Below, piece by piece: positions 1-7,455 of a stretch of 64,000 nucleotides of DNA. This stretch comes from a virus, in IMG/VR virus record IMGVR_UViG_3300035670_000058, positions 1 through 64,000 of that record; one strand, written 5' to 3'. The position numbers and the translations under genes were made by a program. The first letter of the stretch is position 1. The number at the start of each line of letters is the position of its first letter. The notes beneath the pieces are model-generated. The model made no database searches, had not been told where the DNA came from, and was given only the letters and a program-made list of their open reading frames with translations.

Positions 1-2
1 GT

Positions 3-2522
3 TATGCTCAAGGACAGGCAACAATCTTTGCAGCCTATCAGGGATATGCTCAAGCCGCAGGAACCTTGCTTGCATCTATGTATGCAGTTGCACAGGCAGA
101 GGCTAAAGTTTACGTCCAACTCTCAACCGTAGATGGATACGCGCAGTCTCTAGGGCTTATTGGTGTAACAGATAATCTTTATACAGCGATTGATGAGATA
201 ACGCCAGATGATACTGACTACGTAGTCGGTACAGGTTCAAATGCAACATTTGCTCTTGATTCCGTATATCCGCCAACATGGAAGATTGATCATATCCTGC
301 GTATCCGCTATCAGACTGCTGGTGTCGGTGCGGGTGGAAATGTTCAACTACGTCAGGGTAGTACAATTATCTGGCAGACTGTTGGAAATATTACTGCTTC
401 TGAATGGACAACACTTGAGTACAGCCTGACCCCTGCTGAGATGGCATCGATCACAGACTACTCAGATTTGAATGTTCATATCACGACTGTTGATAAGTTC
501 CTTATCTCTTGGGTTGAATTCCAAGTCCCCTCTGGAGAGCCATCCTCACGTATACGGAATTACGCACAGGCTCAGGCTGACATCAAGCATACTTCTGAAG
601 AGGTTGCGCAAGCACAGGCAGATATTCTGGCTACTGCTCAAGTATTTGCTCAGGCACAAGCGCACATTTATCGCACAGAAATTGGTGCAGCAAATGCACA
701 AGCAGCGATAAAGCAAACATACACCAACTTCGCTCAGGCACAGGCAGATACCAAGCAAACGTATCAGGCATACGCGCAAGCACAGGCCGATATCAAGCAT
801 ATGTATCAAGTATTCGCACAAGCGAATGGTTCTATCAAGCAGCAATATCAGCAGTTTGCTCAGGTCGCAGCCATTGTTCGGACAACAGAAACGGTTGTTG
901 CTCAGGCACAGACTAGCGTAAAGGCTTCCTACCAAGTATCTGCACAGGCACAAGGCTCTATCAAGCAGACGTATCAAATTTATGCACAGTCACAAGCAAC
1001 TATTGAGCAAACATACCTTGTCTACGCTCAAGCACAAGCAGTCATCAGAAATACGTATCAGGTATACGCGCAAGCCCAGAGCATTATACGGACAACAGCA
1101 CAAGTATTTGCAAATGCTCAAGCTAATATCAAGCATACATATGAGGCATTTGCTCAGGCTGAAGCACAGATTCTTATCCCAATCTACACTAGGGAGCAAA
1201 TTGCTCAGGCGCAAGCAAATATTATTGCAACTTATCAAGCCTATGTCCAAACACAGGCAAAGATCAATGCTTACGGTGTTCAAGGGTATGCTCAAGGTCA
1301 AGCATGGATCGGTGGACAAGTTGTCCAGTATGCACAAGCACAGGCAAGACTATATGCGTTCAATATTCAAACTTACGCACAATCTCTAGCGCACATACAA
1401 CGGACTGAACTTGGGTATGCTCAAGCGCAAACATCTATCAAGCAGACTTACAGTATATATGCACAAGCACAAGCACAAATTCGCGCACAATACCTTGTTA
1501 CTGCTCAAGCCGAAGCATGGATAGAAGTAATCTCCAATGCCTATGCTCAGGCTAACGTTTGGATCAAGGTAACCTTCACAGCCTCTGCACAGGCACAAGC
1601 AAAACTGCGGGCATACGGTGTTCAGAGTTACGCTCAAGCCAATGCGTATATCTTTGGATCATGGCAACAAGTTGCTCAAAGCCAAGCAACAATCAAAGCA
1701 ACTACAACGGTTGAAGCCAATGTACAGGCCGATATTAAGCAGACTTATCGTGGATTTGCACAGGCTCAAGGCTGGATTCTTATCACAGGCAAAGCCTATG
1801 CACAAGCCAGATCAACTATCGAAACAACCTATACTAGCAATGCTCAAGCGCAAGCAAAGGTCAAGGCTATTGGTGTTCAAGCCTGTGCAAATGCACAAGC
1901 AAATATCAAGGCTACATATCGTGGATTTGCGCAAGCACAGACTACAATAAAAACAGCATATATCCAGACTGCTCAAGCAAATGCGTATACACGGATAACT
2001 ATCCCAATATTTGCTCAAGCACAATCACAAATTAAGACAACTTACTATGTAAGTGCACAAGCACAAACAGGTATTAAAGCATCCTATCAGGCATATGCAA
2101 ATATAACAGCCATAGTAATGAACGCCTCGGTGGCTTACGGTCAAGCAGGGGCCGCTGTGAAGGCTGTGGGGCAATCCTACGGACAGGCTGAAGGCTATAT
2201 TCGAAACTTCTACCAAGCATATGCTCAGGCGCAAGGACACATAGTTATTCTAGATGTGCCCGTATTCGCACAGGCGCAAGCAGTAATTAGTAAGTCTGCT
2301 GGATATGCACAAGCGGAAGCATCCATTACTGTTGTCAATTTCCTAAAAAGTCTTACTCTTGAAGATCGGGTAGATATGGGCTTGATCCTTGCTGATCAAC
2401 TATCATTCACTGTGGTACTACAAGATACAGGAATCACAATAAGCTTAAAGGATACAAATATGACGCTAGAATTATCAGACAGGGAAATAGATCAACTTGA
2501 TCTATCAGATAAAAATTATTAG
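3..2522 (+). CDS. AQA-repeat fibre-like virion protein, 5'-truncated
   Basis: The frame is open from nt 3 (YAQGQATIF...), so the TTG at 66 is not the true start. Dozens of ~14-aa AQAQAxIxxTYxxY repeats, a globular insert near the visible N-terminus, and C-terminal LxLxD repeats. Confidence 0.75.
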   Translation, partial: YAQGQATIFAAYQGYAQAAGTLLASMYAVAQAEAKVYVQLSTVDGYAQSLGLIGVTDNLYTAIDEITPDDTDYVVGTGSNATFALDSVYPPTWKIDHILRIRYQTAGVGAGGNVQLRQGSTIIWQTVGNITASEWTTLEYSLTPAEMASITDYSDLNVHITTVDKFLISWVEFQVPSGEPSSRIRNYAQAQADIKHTSEEVAQAQADILATAQVFAQAQAHIYRTEIGAANAQAAIKQTYTNFAQAQADTKQTYQAYAQAQADIKHMYQVFAQANGSIKQQYQQFAQVAAIVRTTETVVAQAQTSVKASYQVSAQAQGSIKQTYQIYAQSQATIEQTYLVYAQAQAVIRNTYQVYAQAQSIIRTTAQVFANAQANIKHTYEAFAQAEAQILIPIYTREQIAQAQANIIATYQAYVQTQAKINAYGVQGYAQGQAWIGGQVVQYAQAQARLYAFNIQTYAQSLAHIQRTELGYAQAQTSIKQTYSIYAQAQAQIRAQYLVTAQAEAWIEVISNAYAQANVWIKVTFTASAQAQAKLRAYGVQSYAQANAYIFGSWQQVAQSQATIKATTTVEANVQADIKQTYRGFAQAQGWILITGKAYAQARSTIETTYTSNAQAQAKVKAIGVQACANAQANIKATYRGFAQAQTTIKTAYIQTAQANAYTRITIPIFAQAQSQIKTTYYVSAQAQTGIKASYQAYANITAIVMNASVAYGQAGAAVKAVGQSYGQAEGYIRNFYQAYAQAQGHIVILDVPVFAQAQAVISKSAGYAQAEASITVVNFLKSLTLEDRVDMGLILADQLSFTVVLQDTGITISLKDTNMTLELSDREIDQLDLSDKNY

Positions 2523-2533
2523 GTGGTGATTAT

Positions 2534-2827
2534 ATGGCAAAGCCTAATCGATATGTGCTTGGATCAAAGCCAGAGCTCGATTTAACTTTTTACAACGAAG
2601 AGGGGCAAAGATTTACCCCGACAGAATATCGATTGAGCGTAAAAGACCCGACAGGGGTGGTCACCACCTATTCTGGCGGTGATTTAACTCAGGCGTCAGG
2701 GTATTTGTTCGCAATGTACAAACCCCCTGTGGTGGGCTACTACGAGTATGAAGGATGGGGCAAGGATGGTGCCGGCCGAGAGATCGCATCTACTGCCTCA
2801 TTTGAAGTCTATGATCGATTATATTAG
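2534..2827 (+). CDS. small beta-rich (Ig/BppU-like) virion accessory protein
   Basis: RBS GGTGGTG; alternating beta-strand pattern; directly follows the fibre gene. Confidence 0.55.
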   Translation: MAKPNRYVLGSKPELDLTFYNEEGQRFTPTEYRLSVKDPTGVVTTYSGGDLTQASGYLFAMYKPPVVGYYEYEGWGKDGAGREIASTASFEVYDRLY

Positions 2828-2833
2828 AAGACC

Positions 2834-2863
2834 TTGAACCTACGCTAGTCACTGTGCTATGAT
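2834..2863 (+). promoter_or_regulatory. sigma70-type promoter TTGAAC-N18-TATGAT with extended -10 TG
   Basis: The same TTGAACCTA start and 18-nt spacer recur at 42349 and 42465. Confidence 0.65.
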
Positions 2864-2870
2864 GGCATTA

Positions 2871-2938
2871 GCCAGAATGGGTAGGGACCGCCCCTCTCAC
2901 TTAGGGGTTTGTGAGCAGGGAAACCTATTCGTTCTGGC
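2871..2938 (+). ncRNA. structured RNA element 1: long closing stem around a potential H-type pseudoknot
   Basis: GCCAGAATGGGTAGG pairs with CCTATTCGTTCTGGC (15 bp, 3 G-U). Inside, CCCCT/AGGGG and CTCAC/GTGAG interleave. Starts at the predicted +1 of the promoter. Confidence 0.55.
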
Positions 2939-2942
2939 AAAT

Positions 2943-3179
2943 ACTTCTGGTACACAACTTAGATAGATATACTAATCAAATTCGAAATCCGGTGACACAG
3001 TTCGATACGCATACCTCTGTTCTTCGCTTATCCTAGGTGACAAGCGTACCAAGTCCCTGCTATCTCCCTGAAACGTGACGAGAGAGTATGATTCCCTGTG
3101 CAGTCACTATCATTTTCTAGGTCTAGCGACGGTTAGCGATATTATTTCTGGCCGGAAATAATGGGTGTGTACCAGAAGT
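2943..3179 (+). ncRNA. structured ~237-nt ncRNA of unknown family
   Basis: Perfect 14-bp terminal inverted repeat ACTTCTGGTACACA/TGTGTACCAGAAGT; nested stems GTGAC/GTCAC, ACAG/CTGT, CATAC-CTCT/AGAG-GTATG, CGCTT/AAGCG, ATTATTTC/GAAATAAT; no ORF in the track. Confidence 0.6.
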
Positions 3180-3198
3180 TTTCTTTTGAGGTATTATT

Positions 3199-3642
3199 AT
3201 GAGAGTTTACGGTCCCTATACAAGAAAAGACGGACGTAAGCACGTCGTACTCTGGAACGGGGAAACGACCCAAACAGTTTCTTATCCTCGCTATATTATG
3301 GAAGCCCATCTAGGGCGCAAGTTAGAAGAGTGGGAAACTGTTGATCATATAAATAGAGACTTTACGGATGACCGGATTGAAAATTTACGACTAGTGGGAA
3401 GGAGCCAACACAGCAAGGACGACGCTACCTACGCTAAACTCATAAAAAATGAGTGCGTTTGGTGTGGAACCAAGTTACTGCGGCGTCCAAGTAAGATGAG
3501 AGAGGCTGCCAAGAGGGCACAGGCTGGTCCCTTTTGCAGTAAGAAATGTATAGGGGAGTACGGAAGAATGGTACAAAATTCAATGCTAAGACTTCCGATT
3601 CAAGATTCCCCCCAGTCTGAGTATTATCAAAAAGAGAAATAA
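3199..3642 (+). CDS. HNH homing endonuclease (HNH_3-like) with C-terminal Zn finger
   Basis: VDHINRDFTDDRIENL motif; CVWC...FCSKKC. Confidence 0.85.
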   Translation: MRVYGPYTRKDGRKHVVLWNGETTQTVSYPRYIMEAHLGRKLEEWETVDHINRDFTDDRIENLRLVGRSQHSKDDATYAKLIKNECVWCGTKLLRRPSKMREAAKRAQAGPFCSKKCIGEYGRMVQNSMLRLPIQDSPQSEYYQKEK

Positions 3643-3648
3643 CTCTGT

Positions 3649-3725
3649 GGGGGCGTATTCCAATCGGTAGAGAAATGGGTCTTAAACACCCTAAAGTGTG
3701 GGTTCGAATCCCACCGCCCCTACCA
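3649..3725 (+). tRNA. trnL: tRNA-Leu(UAA), short variable loop
   Basis: GGGGGCG/CGCCCCT acceptor, loop CT-TAA-AC, GGTTCGAATCC, ACCA. Confidence 0.9.
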
Positions 3726-3726
3726 T

Positions 3727-3803
3727 CCTCTCGTAGCCCAATAGGCAGAGGCGACTGTCTCAAAAGCAGTTCAGTATCAGTTCGAATCTGATCGAGAGGA
3801 CCA
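3727..3803 (+). tRNA. trnL: tRNA-Leu(CAA), short variable loop
   Basis: CCTCTCG/CGAGAGG, ACTGT-CT-CAA-AA-GCAGT, ACCA. Confidence 0.92.
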
Positions 3804-3805
3804 AT

Positions 3806-3883
3806 GGCGTCGTAGCCCAACTGGCAGGAGGCGCGTGCCTTAGGAGCATGACAGTAGGAGTTCGAATCTCCTCGACGCCACCA
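3806..3883 (+). tRNA. trnL: tRNA-Leu(UAG), short variable loop
   Basis: GGCGTCG/CGACGCC, CGTGC-CT-TAG-GA-GCATG, ACCA. Confidence 0.92.
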
Positions 3884-3964
3884 TTACTTGATTTGCCCCA
3901 AGTTGTATCAATACTGAATATTAGTATGTGAAGCACTCGCTTCGCTTATTAAGGAGGTATTGAT

Positions 3965-4288
3965 ATGGAATCCAAAGAGTACCAAGCAGCATACTATAAG
4001 AAAAATCGTGACGTTCTAAGGGCTAGGCAAAATGCTACCGCCAAGCAGCGCAGAGCCAGCCTAAAGCCTATAGTCTATAGATGGTTAAATCCTGATGGAA
4101 TAACTGTTGACTATGTAGGACGAGGGACTATTGAAAGAGCCAAAGATAAAAAGAAAAAGGAATGGCTAACTAAGGAACATACTCTAATCTACGAAGAGTG
4201 CCTAAATGAATGGCACGCTATGGAGATGGAGGGCAAATGGGGGCAATTGTACGCCCCCAGATATAATAAAGACGGCTATAGAAAATAA
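3965..4288 (+). CDS. GIY-YIG-like endonuclease (paralogue of 57075..57422)
   Basis: IVYRW...YVGRG...R...E...YN pattern; RBS AAGGAGG. Confidence 0.7.
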   Translation: MESKEYQAAYYKKNRDVLRARQNATAKQRRASLKPIVYRWLNPDGITVDYVGRGTIERAKDKKKKEWLTKEHTLIYEECLNEWHAMEMEGKWGQLYAPRYNKDGYRK

Positions 4289-4295
4289 AGCACTC

Positions 4296-4372
4296 CTCCC
4301 CGTGGCGCAACCGGATAGCGCGACAGACTTCTAATCTGTAGGTTGAAGGTTCGAATCCTTTCGGGGAGGCCA
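4296..4372 (+). tRNA. trnR: tRNA-Arg(UCU)
   Basis: CTCCCCG/CGGGGAG, ACAGA-CT-TCT-AA-TCTGT, GCCA. Confidence 0.95.
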
Positions 4373-4392
4373 TTCTTTTCTAAGAGGTAACC

Positions 4393-4938
4393 ATGCTAGA
4401 CCCTAACTCATTCAAACAACCGTTAATGCTGGATATCGGGGCTGGCGGTTATTCATCTGATGATAAGTTTACTTCAGTAGACCTTATAACTAAATGTGAT
4501 ATTCAAGCCTCAATGGAGGCTATCCCCCTTCCAGATGGTTGTGTTGAAGCGATATTTTCTTCAAATGCACTGGAACATATTGGAAAACATCAAATTGTTC
4601 CCACTTTACGGGAATGGTGTAGGTTACTAAAGGTAGGCGGAAAACTTCAACTCGTTGTTCCTGATTTAGAGTGGGCATGCCTTTGGTGGCTTGCTCATCA
4701 GGATGATCGCGGTTGGAGTATGGACATTTTGTACGGGCATCAGTTACATGCTGGTGAATACCATAAAACAGGATTTACTCCGCGAATTCTTTGGGACTAT
4801 TTCCAAGAGGCTGGAGGGTTTGAGGTTCATAAAATTGAGTATATGTTTGGTGATTATGATGAAACCCCGTTAGAGGACGGCAATACCAAAGTAGATGTTA
4901 GCCAACGTTGTATTTCTTTGGAGGCTAGCAAGATTTAA
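4393..4938 (+). CDS. class I SAM-dependent methyltransferase (Methyltransf_11-like)
   Basis: LDIGAGG motif I; IFSSNALEHI; RLLKVGGKL.VVPD. Confidence 0.85.
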   Translation: MLDPNSFKQPLMLDIGAGGYSSDDKFTSVDLITKCDIQASMEAIPLPDGCVEAIFSSNALEHIGKHQIVPTLREWCRLLKVGGKLQLVVPDLEWACLWWLAHQDDRGWSMDILYGHQLHAGEYHKTGFTPRILWDYFQEAGGFEVHKIEYMFGDYDETPLEDGNTKVDVSQRCISLEASKI

Positions 4939-4939
4939 T

Positions 4940-5013
4940 CTGGGTGTGGTGTAATGGTCGCACGCGGCGTTTGGGGCGCTGTAGTAGGGGTTCGAATCCT
5001 CTTACCCAGACCA
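4940..5013 (+). tRNA. trnP: tRNA-Pro(UGG)
   Basis: CTGGGTG/TACCCAG, CGGCG-TT-TGG-GG-CGCTG, ACCA. Confidence 0.92.
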
Positions 5014-5042
5014 CCTTTAGAGAGGTAGAGTTATTAATAAGC

Positions 5043-5444
5043 GTGAAGGAGAAGAGAACACGTCCGTTTAGGCGGCACGGTTATTATCCATTATCTTACA
5101 ACTTTGTCAGACAGAAAGACGGTAAATATGTCCAATGTGCATACTGTGGAAAGTTTGTATACCATCGTAAAATAACAAGAGATCATATCTACCCTAAATC
5201 CAAGGGCGGTATTTTAAAAGCCCCAGCATGTGAGCCTTGCAATAGTGAGAAGGAGGACATGCTGCCAATAGAGTGGGCTGTTTATGCTACAAAGCATAAG
5301 CGTGATCTTGCGGTTATTCCGATTGGAGCGGAGTTTTTATCTTGCGAGGAAGGCAAGGAACAACTGTACGCTGATCTTAGTTATTTGTTTGAAAAGGCTC
5401 TGACAAAGAAATTCAAAGCAACGCTGCTGTCGTATAACGGTTAG
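5043..5444 (+). CDS. HNH endonuclease (McrA/HNH_5-like)
   Basis: CAYC...TRDHIYPKSKGG...ACEPCNSEK. The ORF-track start at 4944 lies inside tRNA-Pro, so a start near GTG 5043 is preferred. Confidence 0.8.
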   Translation: MKEKRTRPFRRHGYYPLSYNFVRQKDGKYVQCAYCGKFVYHRKITRDHIYPKSKGGILKAPACEPCNSEKEDMLPIEWAVYATKHKRDLAVIPIGAEFLSCEEGKEQLYADLSYLFEKALTKKFKATLLSYNG

Positions 5445-5497
5445 TACAACAGTCTTCCAAATTGTTAGTCAGGGTTCAATTCCCTGTAGCAGCACCA
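5423..5497 (+). tRNA. trnG: tRNA-Gly(UCC)
   Basis: GCTGCTG/TAGCAGC, ACAGT-CT-TCC-AA-ATTGT, ACCA; overlaps the end of the HNH ORF. Confidence 0.9.
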
Positions 5498-5513
5498 ATT
5501 CTTTAAAAAGGAG

Positions 5514-5882
5514 GTGATTTCTTTGGCACAGCATATAGGTGTCTTTCGCTCAGAAGCGAGAACAGCAACATCAAGTACACCAGATTTTAAAAACTACGAT
5601 GGTATTGGCATGATTGCAGTGATTGATTGTACAGCAGTCACCGATACTCCTTCGGTAGTCTTTACTATTCAAGGAAAAGACCCGGCTTCTGGTAAGTATT
5701 ATACAATTCTAGCGTCGGCTGCAATAGTTGGAACAGGAACAACCGTATTACGTGTTCATCCTGACCTTACTGCGGCGGCAAATACTGTGGCTAAGGATAT
5801 GGTTCCTGCTGTATGGCGCGTAACTGCTACCCATGCAGACACAGATTCTATTACGTATAGCGTAGGAGTATCATTGGTATGA
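5514..5882 (+). CDS. beta-sandwich protein, possibly a virion decoration protein
   Basis: RBS AAGGAGGTG (start probably TTG 5523); Thr/Ala/Val-rich all-beta pattern. Confidence 0.5.
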   Translation: MISLAQHIGVFRSEARTATSSTPDFKNYDGIGMIAVIDCTAVTDTPSVVFTIQGKDPASGKYYTILASAAIVGTGTTVLRVHPDLTAAANTVAKDMVPAVWRVTATHADTDSITYSVGVSLV

Positions 5883-6190
5883 GTAGTGGCGAATCAGACG
5901 TTGTAACCTTTAAGGTAAACAACAATGGGACTACCTACCCCGTAACTGGTGATGATTGGTGGAAATCTACATCGACATATAGTAATTTTGCTTTTTCCTA
6001 TAACTACCCAGTTTACTATTATCAGGTTACTTGCCCCAAGTGTTCGACATTAAATTGGGCGGAAGTAGATAAGATCATTACTTGTAAGGGTGAATATCAG
6101 GCAAGGAACAATAGAAAAATTCCTTGCGGAGCAAAGATTAAAGCAGTGCTTGAACAGGTGGATTACGAAGTCCCTGTAGCCAAGCCCTAA
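5879..6190 (+). CDS. Zn-ribbon hypothetical protein
   Basis: CPKC plus two further Cys; ATGA overlap with the upstream gene. Confidence 0.6.
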   Translation: MSSGESDVVTFKVNNNGTTYPVTGDDWWKSTSTYSNFAFSYNYPVYYYQVTCPKCSTLNWAEVDKIITCKGEYQARNNRKIPCGAKIKAVLEQVDYEVPVAKP

Positions 6191-6193
6191 CAC

Positions 6194-6268
6194 ATGGTGG
6201 TCGTTCAACGGCTAGGATAACTGTCTCCAAAATAGTTGATCAGGGTTCGAATCCCTGCCGCCATGCCA
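6194..6268 (+). tRNA. trnW: tRNA-Trp(CCA)
   Basis: ATGGTGG/CCGCCAT, ACTGT-CT-CCA-AA-ATAGT, GCCA. Confidence 0.92.
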
Positions 6269-6286
6269 ATATGAAAGGAAGAGGAA

Positions 6287-6508
6287 ATGGACGATAAGAT
6301 TTTAAAGACAATCAGCACGAATTTTATGGTCAGTTACTTGGTAGCATCTTTTGAGATCACTGCCGTCAAAAGCAAGGGGCTTCCCCCGACTGAAGAAGGC
6401 GAAGAGTTGATGAAGGTATTTGACGGTCATGCTGAGACACTTTTGAAGTCTCTTGATACCGCAGGGTTCCAGATTGTCAACAAGGTCCCTGAACCATTTC
6501 TAAGGTAA
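6287..6508 (+). CDS. hypothetical protein
   Basis: RBS AGGAAGAGG; fills the gap between tRNAs. Confidence 0.6.
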   Translation: MDDKILKTISTNFMVSYLVASFEITAVKSKGLPPTEEGEELMKVFDGHAETLLKSLDTAGFQIVNKVPEPFLR

Positions 6509-6513
6509 CTACT

Positions 6514-6588
6514 CCCATCATCGTATATCGGATATTATTCCTGACTGTCGATCAAGCGAGAGGGGTCCGACTCCCCTTGGTGGGACCA
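6514..6588 (+). tRNA. trnD: tRNA-Asp(GUC)
   Basis: CCCATCA/TGGTGGG, loop CT-GTC-GA, variant T loop TCCGACT, ACCA. Confidence 0.85.
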
Positions 6589-6590
6589 AA

Positions 6591-6666
6591 GCCGTGATCG
6601 TATAGATGGTCTGTACATCGTTCTGAAACAGCGAAGGTGTCGGTTCGATACCGACTCGCGGCACCA
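6591..6666 (+). tRNA. trnF: tRNA-Phe(GAA)
   Basis: GCCGTGA/TCGCGGC, TCGTT-CT-GAA-AC-AGCGA, ACCA. Confidence 0.9.
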
Positions 6667-6667
6667 A

Positions 6668-6742
6668 GGGCGCGTAATTCAATGGTAGAATGCTAGACTC
6701 TTAATCTGGAAGTTATAGGTTCGAATCCTATCGCGCTCACCA
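6668..6742 (+). tRNA. trnK: tRNA-Lys(CUU)
   Basis: GGGCGCG/CGCGCTC, CTAGA-CT-CTT-AA-TCTGG, ACCA. Confidence 0.95.
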
Positions 6743-6744
6743 AT

Positions 6745-6820
6745 GGCGTTCATAGTGTAACGGTTAGCACTAGGGGTTGTGGCTCCCTCAGTAGGGGTTC
6801 GAATCCCCTTGATCGCCCCA
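6745..6820 (+). tRNA. trnH: tRNA-His(GUG) with encoded G-1
   Basis: AGGGG-TT-GTG-GC-TCCCT; G-1:C73; CCA. Confidence 0.92.
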
Positions 6821-6830
6821 AGGAGATATA

Positions 6831-6932
6831 ATGTCAGAGATTAGATTTGGGTACAGGCTTGAAGCAGCCATACTTGATTTAATTGTTACTCTTACAGAGT
6901 ATATTAGGCATCGTATGAATAACAACTATTAG
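6831..6932 (+). CDS. 33-aa hypothetical peptide (not in ORF track)
   Basis: RBS AGGAG, MSEIRFGYRLEAAILDLIVTLTEYIRHRMNNNY*. Confidence 0.5.
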   Translation: MSEIRFGYRLEAAILDLIVTLTEYIRHRMNNNY

Positions 6933-7006
6933 CCCTGTCGTCCAACGGTATAAGATACCTTGCTGATAACGAGGGGAACACGGTTCAACTCCGTGCAGGG
7001 CTACCA
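6931..7006 (+). tRNA. trnI: tRNA-Ile(GAU)
   Basis: AGCCCTG/CAGGGCT, CCTTG-CT-GAT-AA-CGAGG, ACCA. Confidence 0.92.
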
Positions 7007-7020
7007 TAACAGGAGGATAA

Positions 7021-7182
7021 ATGACACCGGAGCATCAGCGATTAATAAACGCTTACGAGGCAGCATCAAAAAAAATCCGTGATCCAAAAGGTGGAACAGG
7101 AGCCGAGTCAGAGTATAAGATCGCATATCAGAATATGGTCAAAGCCGGTATCGCTCTTCAGATTAAGAAGAAGTACCGATGA
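7021..7182 (+). CDS. 53-aa hypothetical protein (not in ORF track)
   Basis: RBS AGGAGG; MTPEHQRLINAYEAAS...AYQNMVKAGIALQIKKKYR*; ATGA overlap with the next gene. Confidence 0.7.
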   Translation: MTPEHQRLINAYEAASKKIRDPKGGTGAESEYKIAYQNMVKAGIALQIKKKYR

Positions 7183-7373
7183 AGAATACAGTTGATGGCG
7201 TTATTGAGTATCTTATAGAGAATGGGATGGACGAGGATGAAGTCGATCACTATCTTTATGAGAAGCAAGCAAATGGCAAGACGCTAATGAAAATGATTGT
7301 TGAGAAAGACTGGGATAACGTCTGGAGAATTATCAACAAGTTTATCTTCGGTGATATCTGGATAAACAATTAA
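7179..7373 (+). CDS. hypothetical protein
   Basis: Translationally coupled to the upstream ORF. Confidence 0.6.
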   Translation: MKNTVDGVIEYLIENGMDEDEVDHYLYEKQANGKTLMKMIVEKDWDNVWRIINKFIFGDIWINN

Positions 7374-7379
7374 AACTAC

Positions 7380-7455
7380 CCGCCCATAGCGCAATGGATA
7401 GAGCGACTGACTTCGGATCAGTAGGTTGTGGGTTCAAGTCCTACTGGGCGGGCCA
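7380..7455 (+). tRNA. trnR: tRNA-Arg(UCG)
   Basis: CCGCCCA/TGGGCGG, ACTGA-CT-TCG-GA-TCAGT, GCCA. Confidence 0.95.

Noticed and set aside
546-2240. Cys/Leu-rich antisense ORFs (LCLCL)
   Set aside because: They are reverse-complement artefacts of GCA-CAA/CAG codon repeats in the AQA protein.
560-2330. CRISPR array or DNA tandem repeat in the recurring GCACAAGC/GCTCAGGC pattern
   Set aside because: The repeats are degenerate at synonymous positions and in frame, so this is a protein repeat with no constant repeat-spacer structure.
2943-3179. tmRNA, RNase P, SRP RNA or TPP riboswitch identity
   Set aside because: There is no tRNA-Ala-like ends/CCA, no GAGGAAAGUCC, no SRP helix-8 motif and no CUGAGA; TTGAACCT is better explained as a -35 box.
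3440-3820. Minus-strand ORFs over the tRNA cluster (also 7531..7716) and the N-terminal part of 4944..5444
   Set aside because: They are shadows of tRNA genes with no protein-like features.
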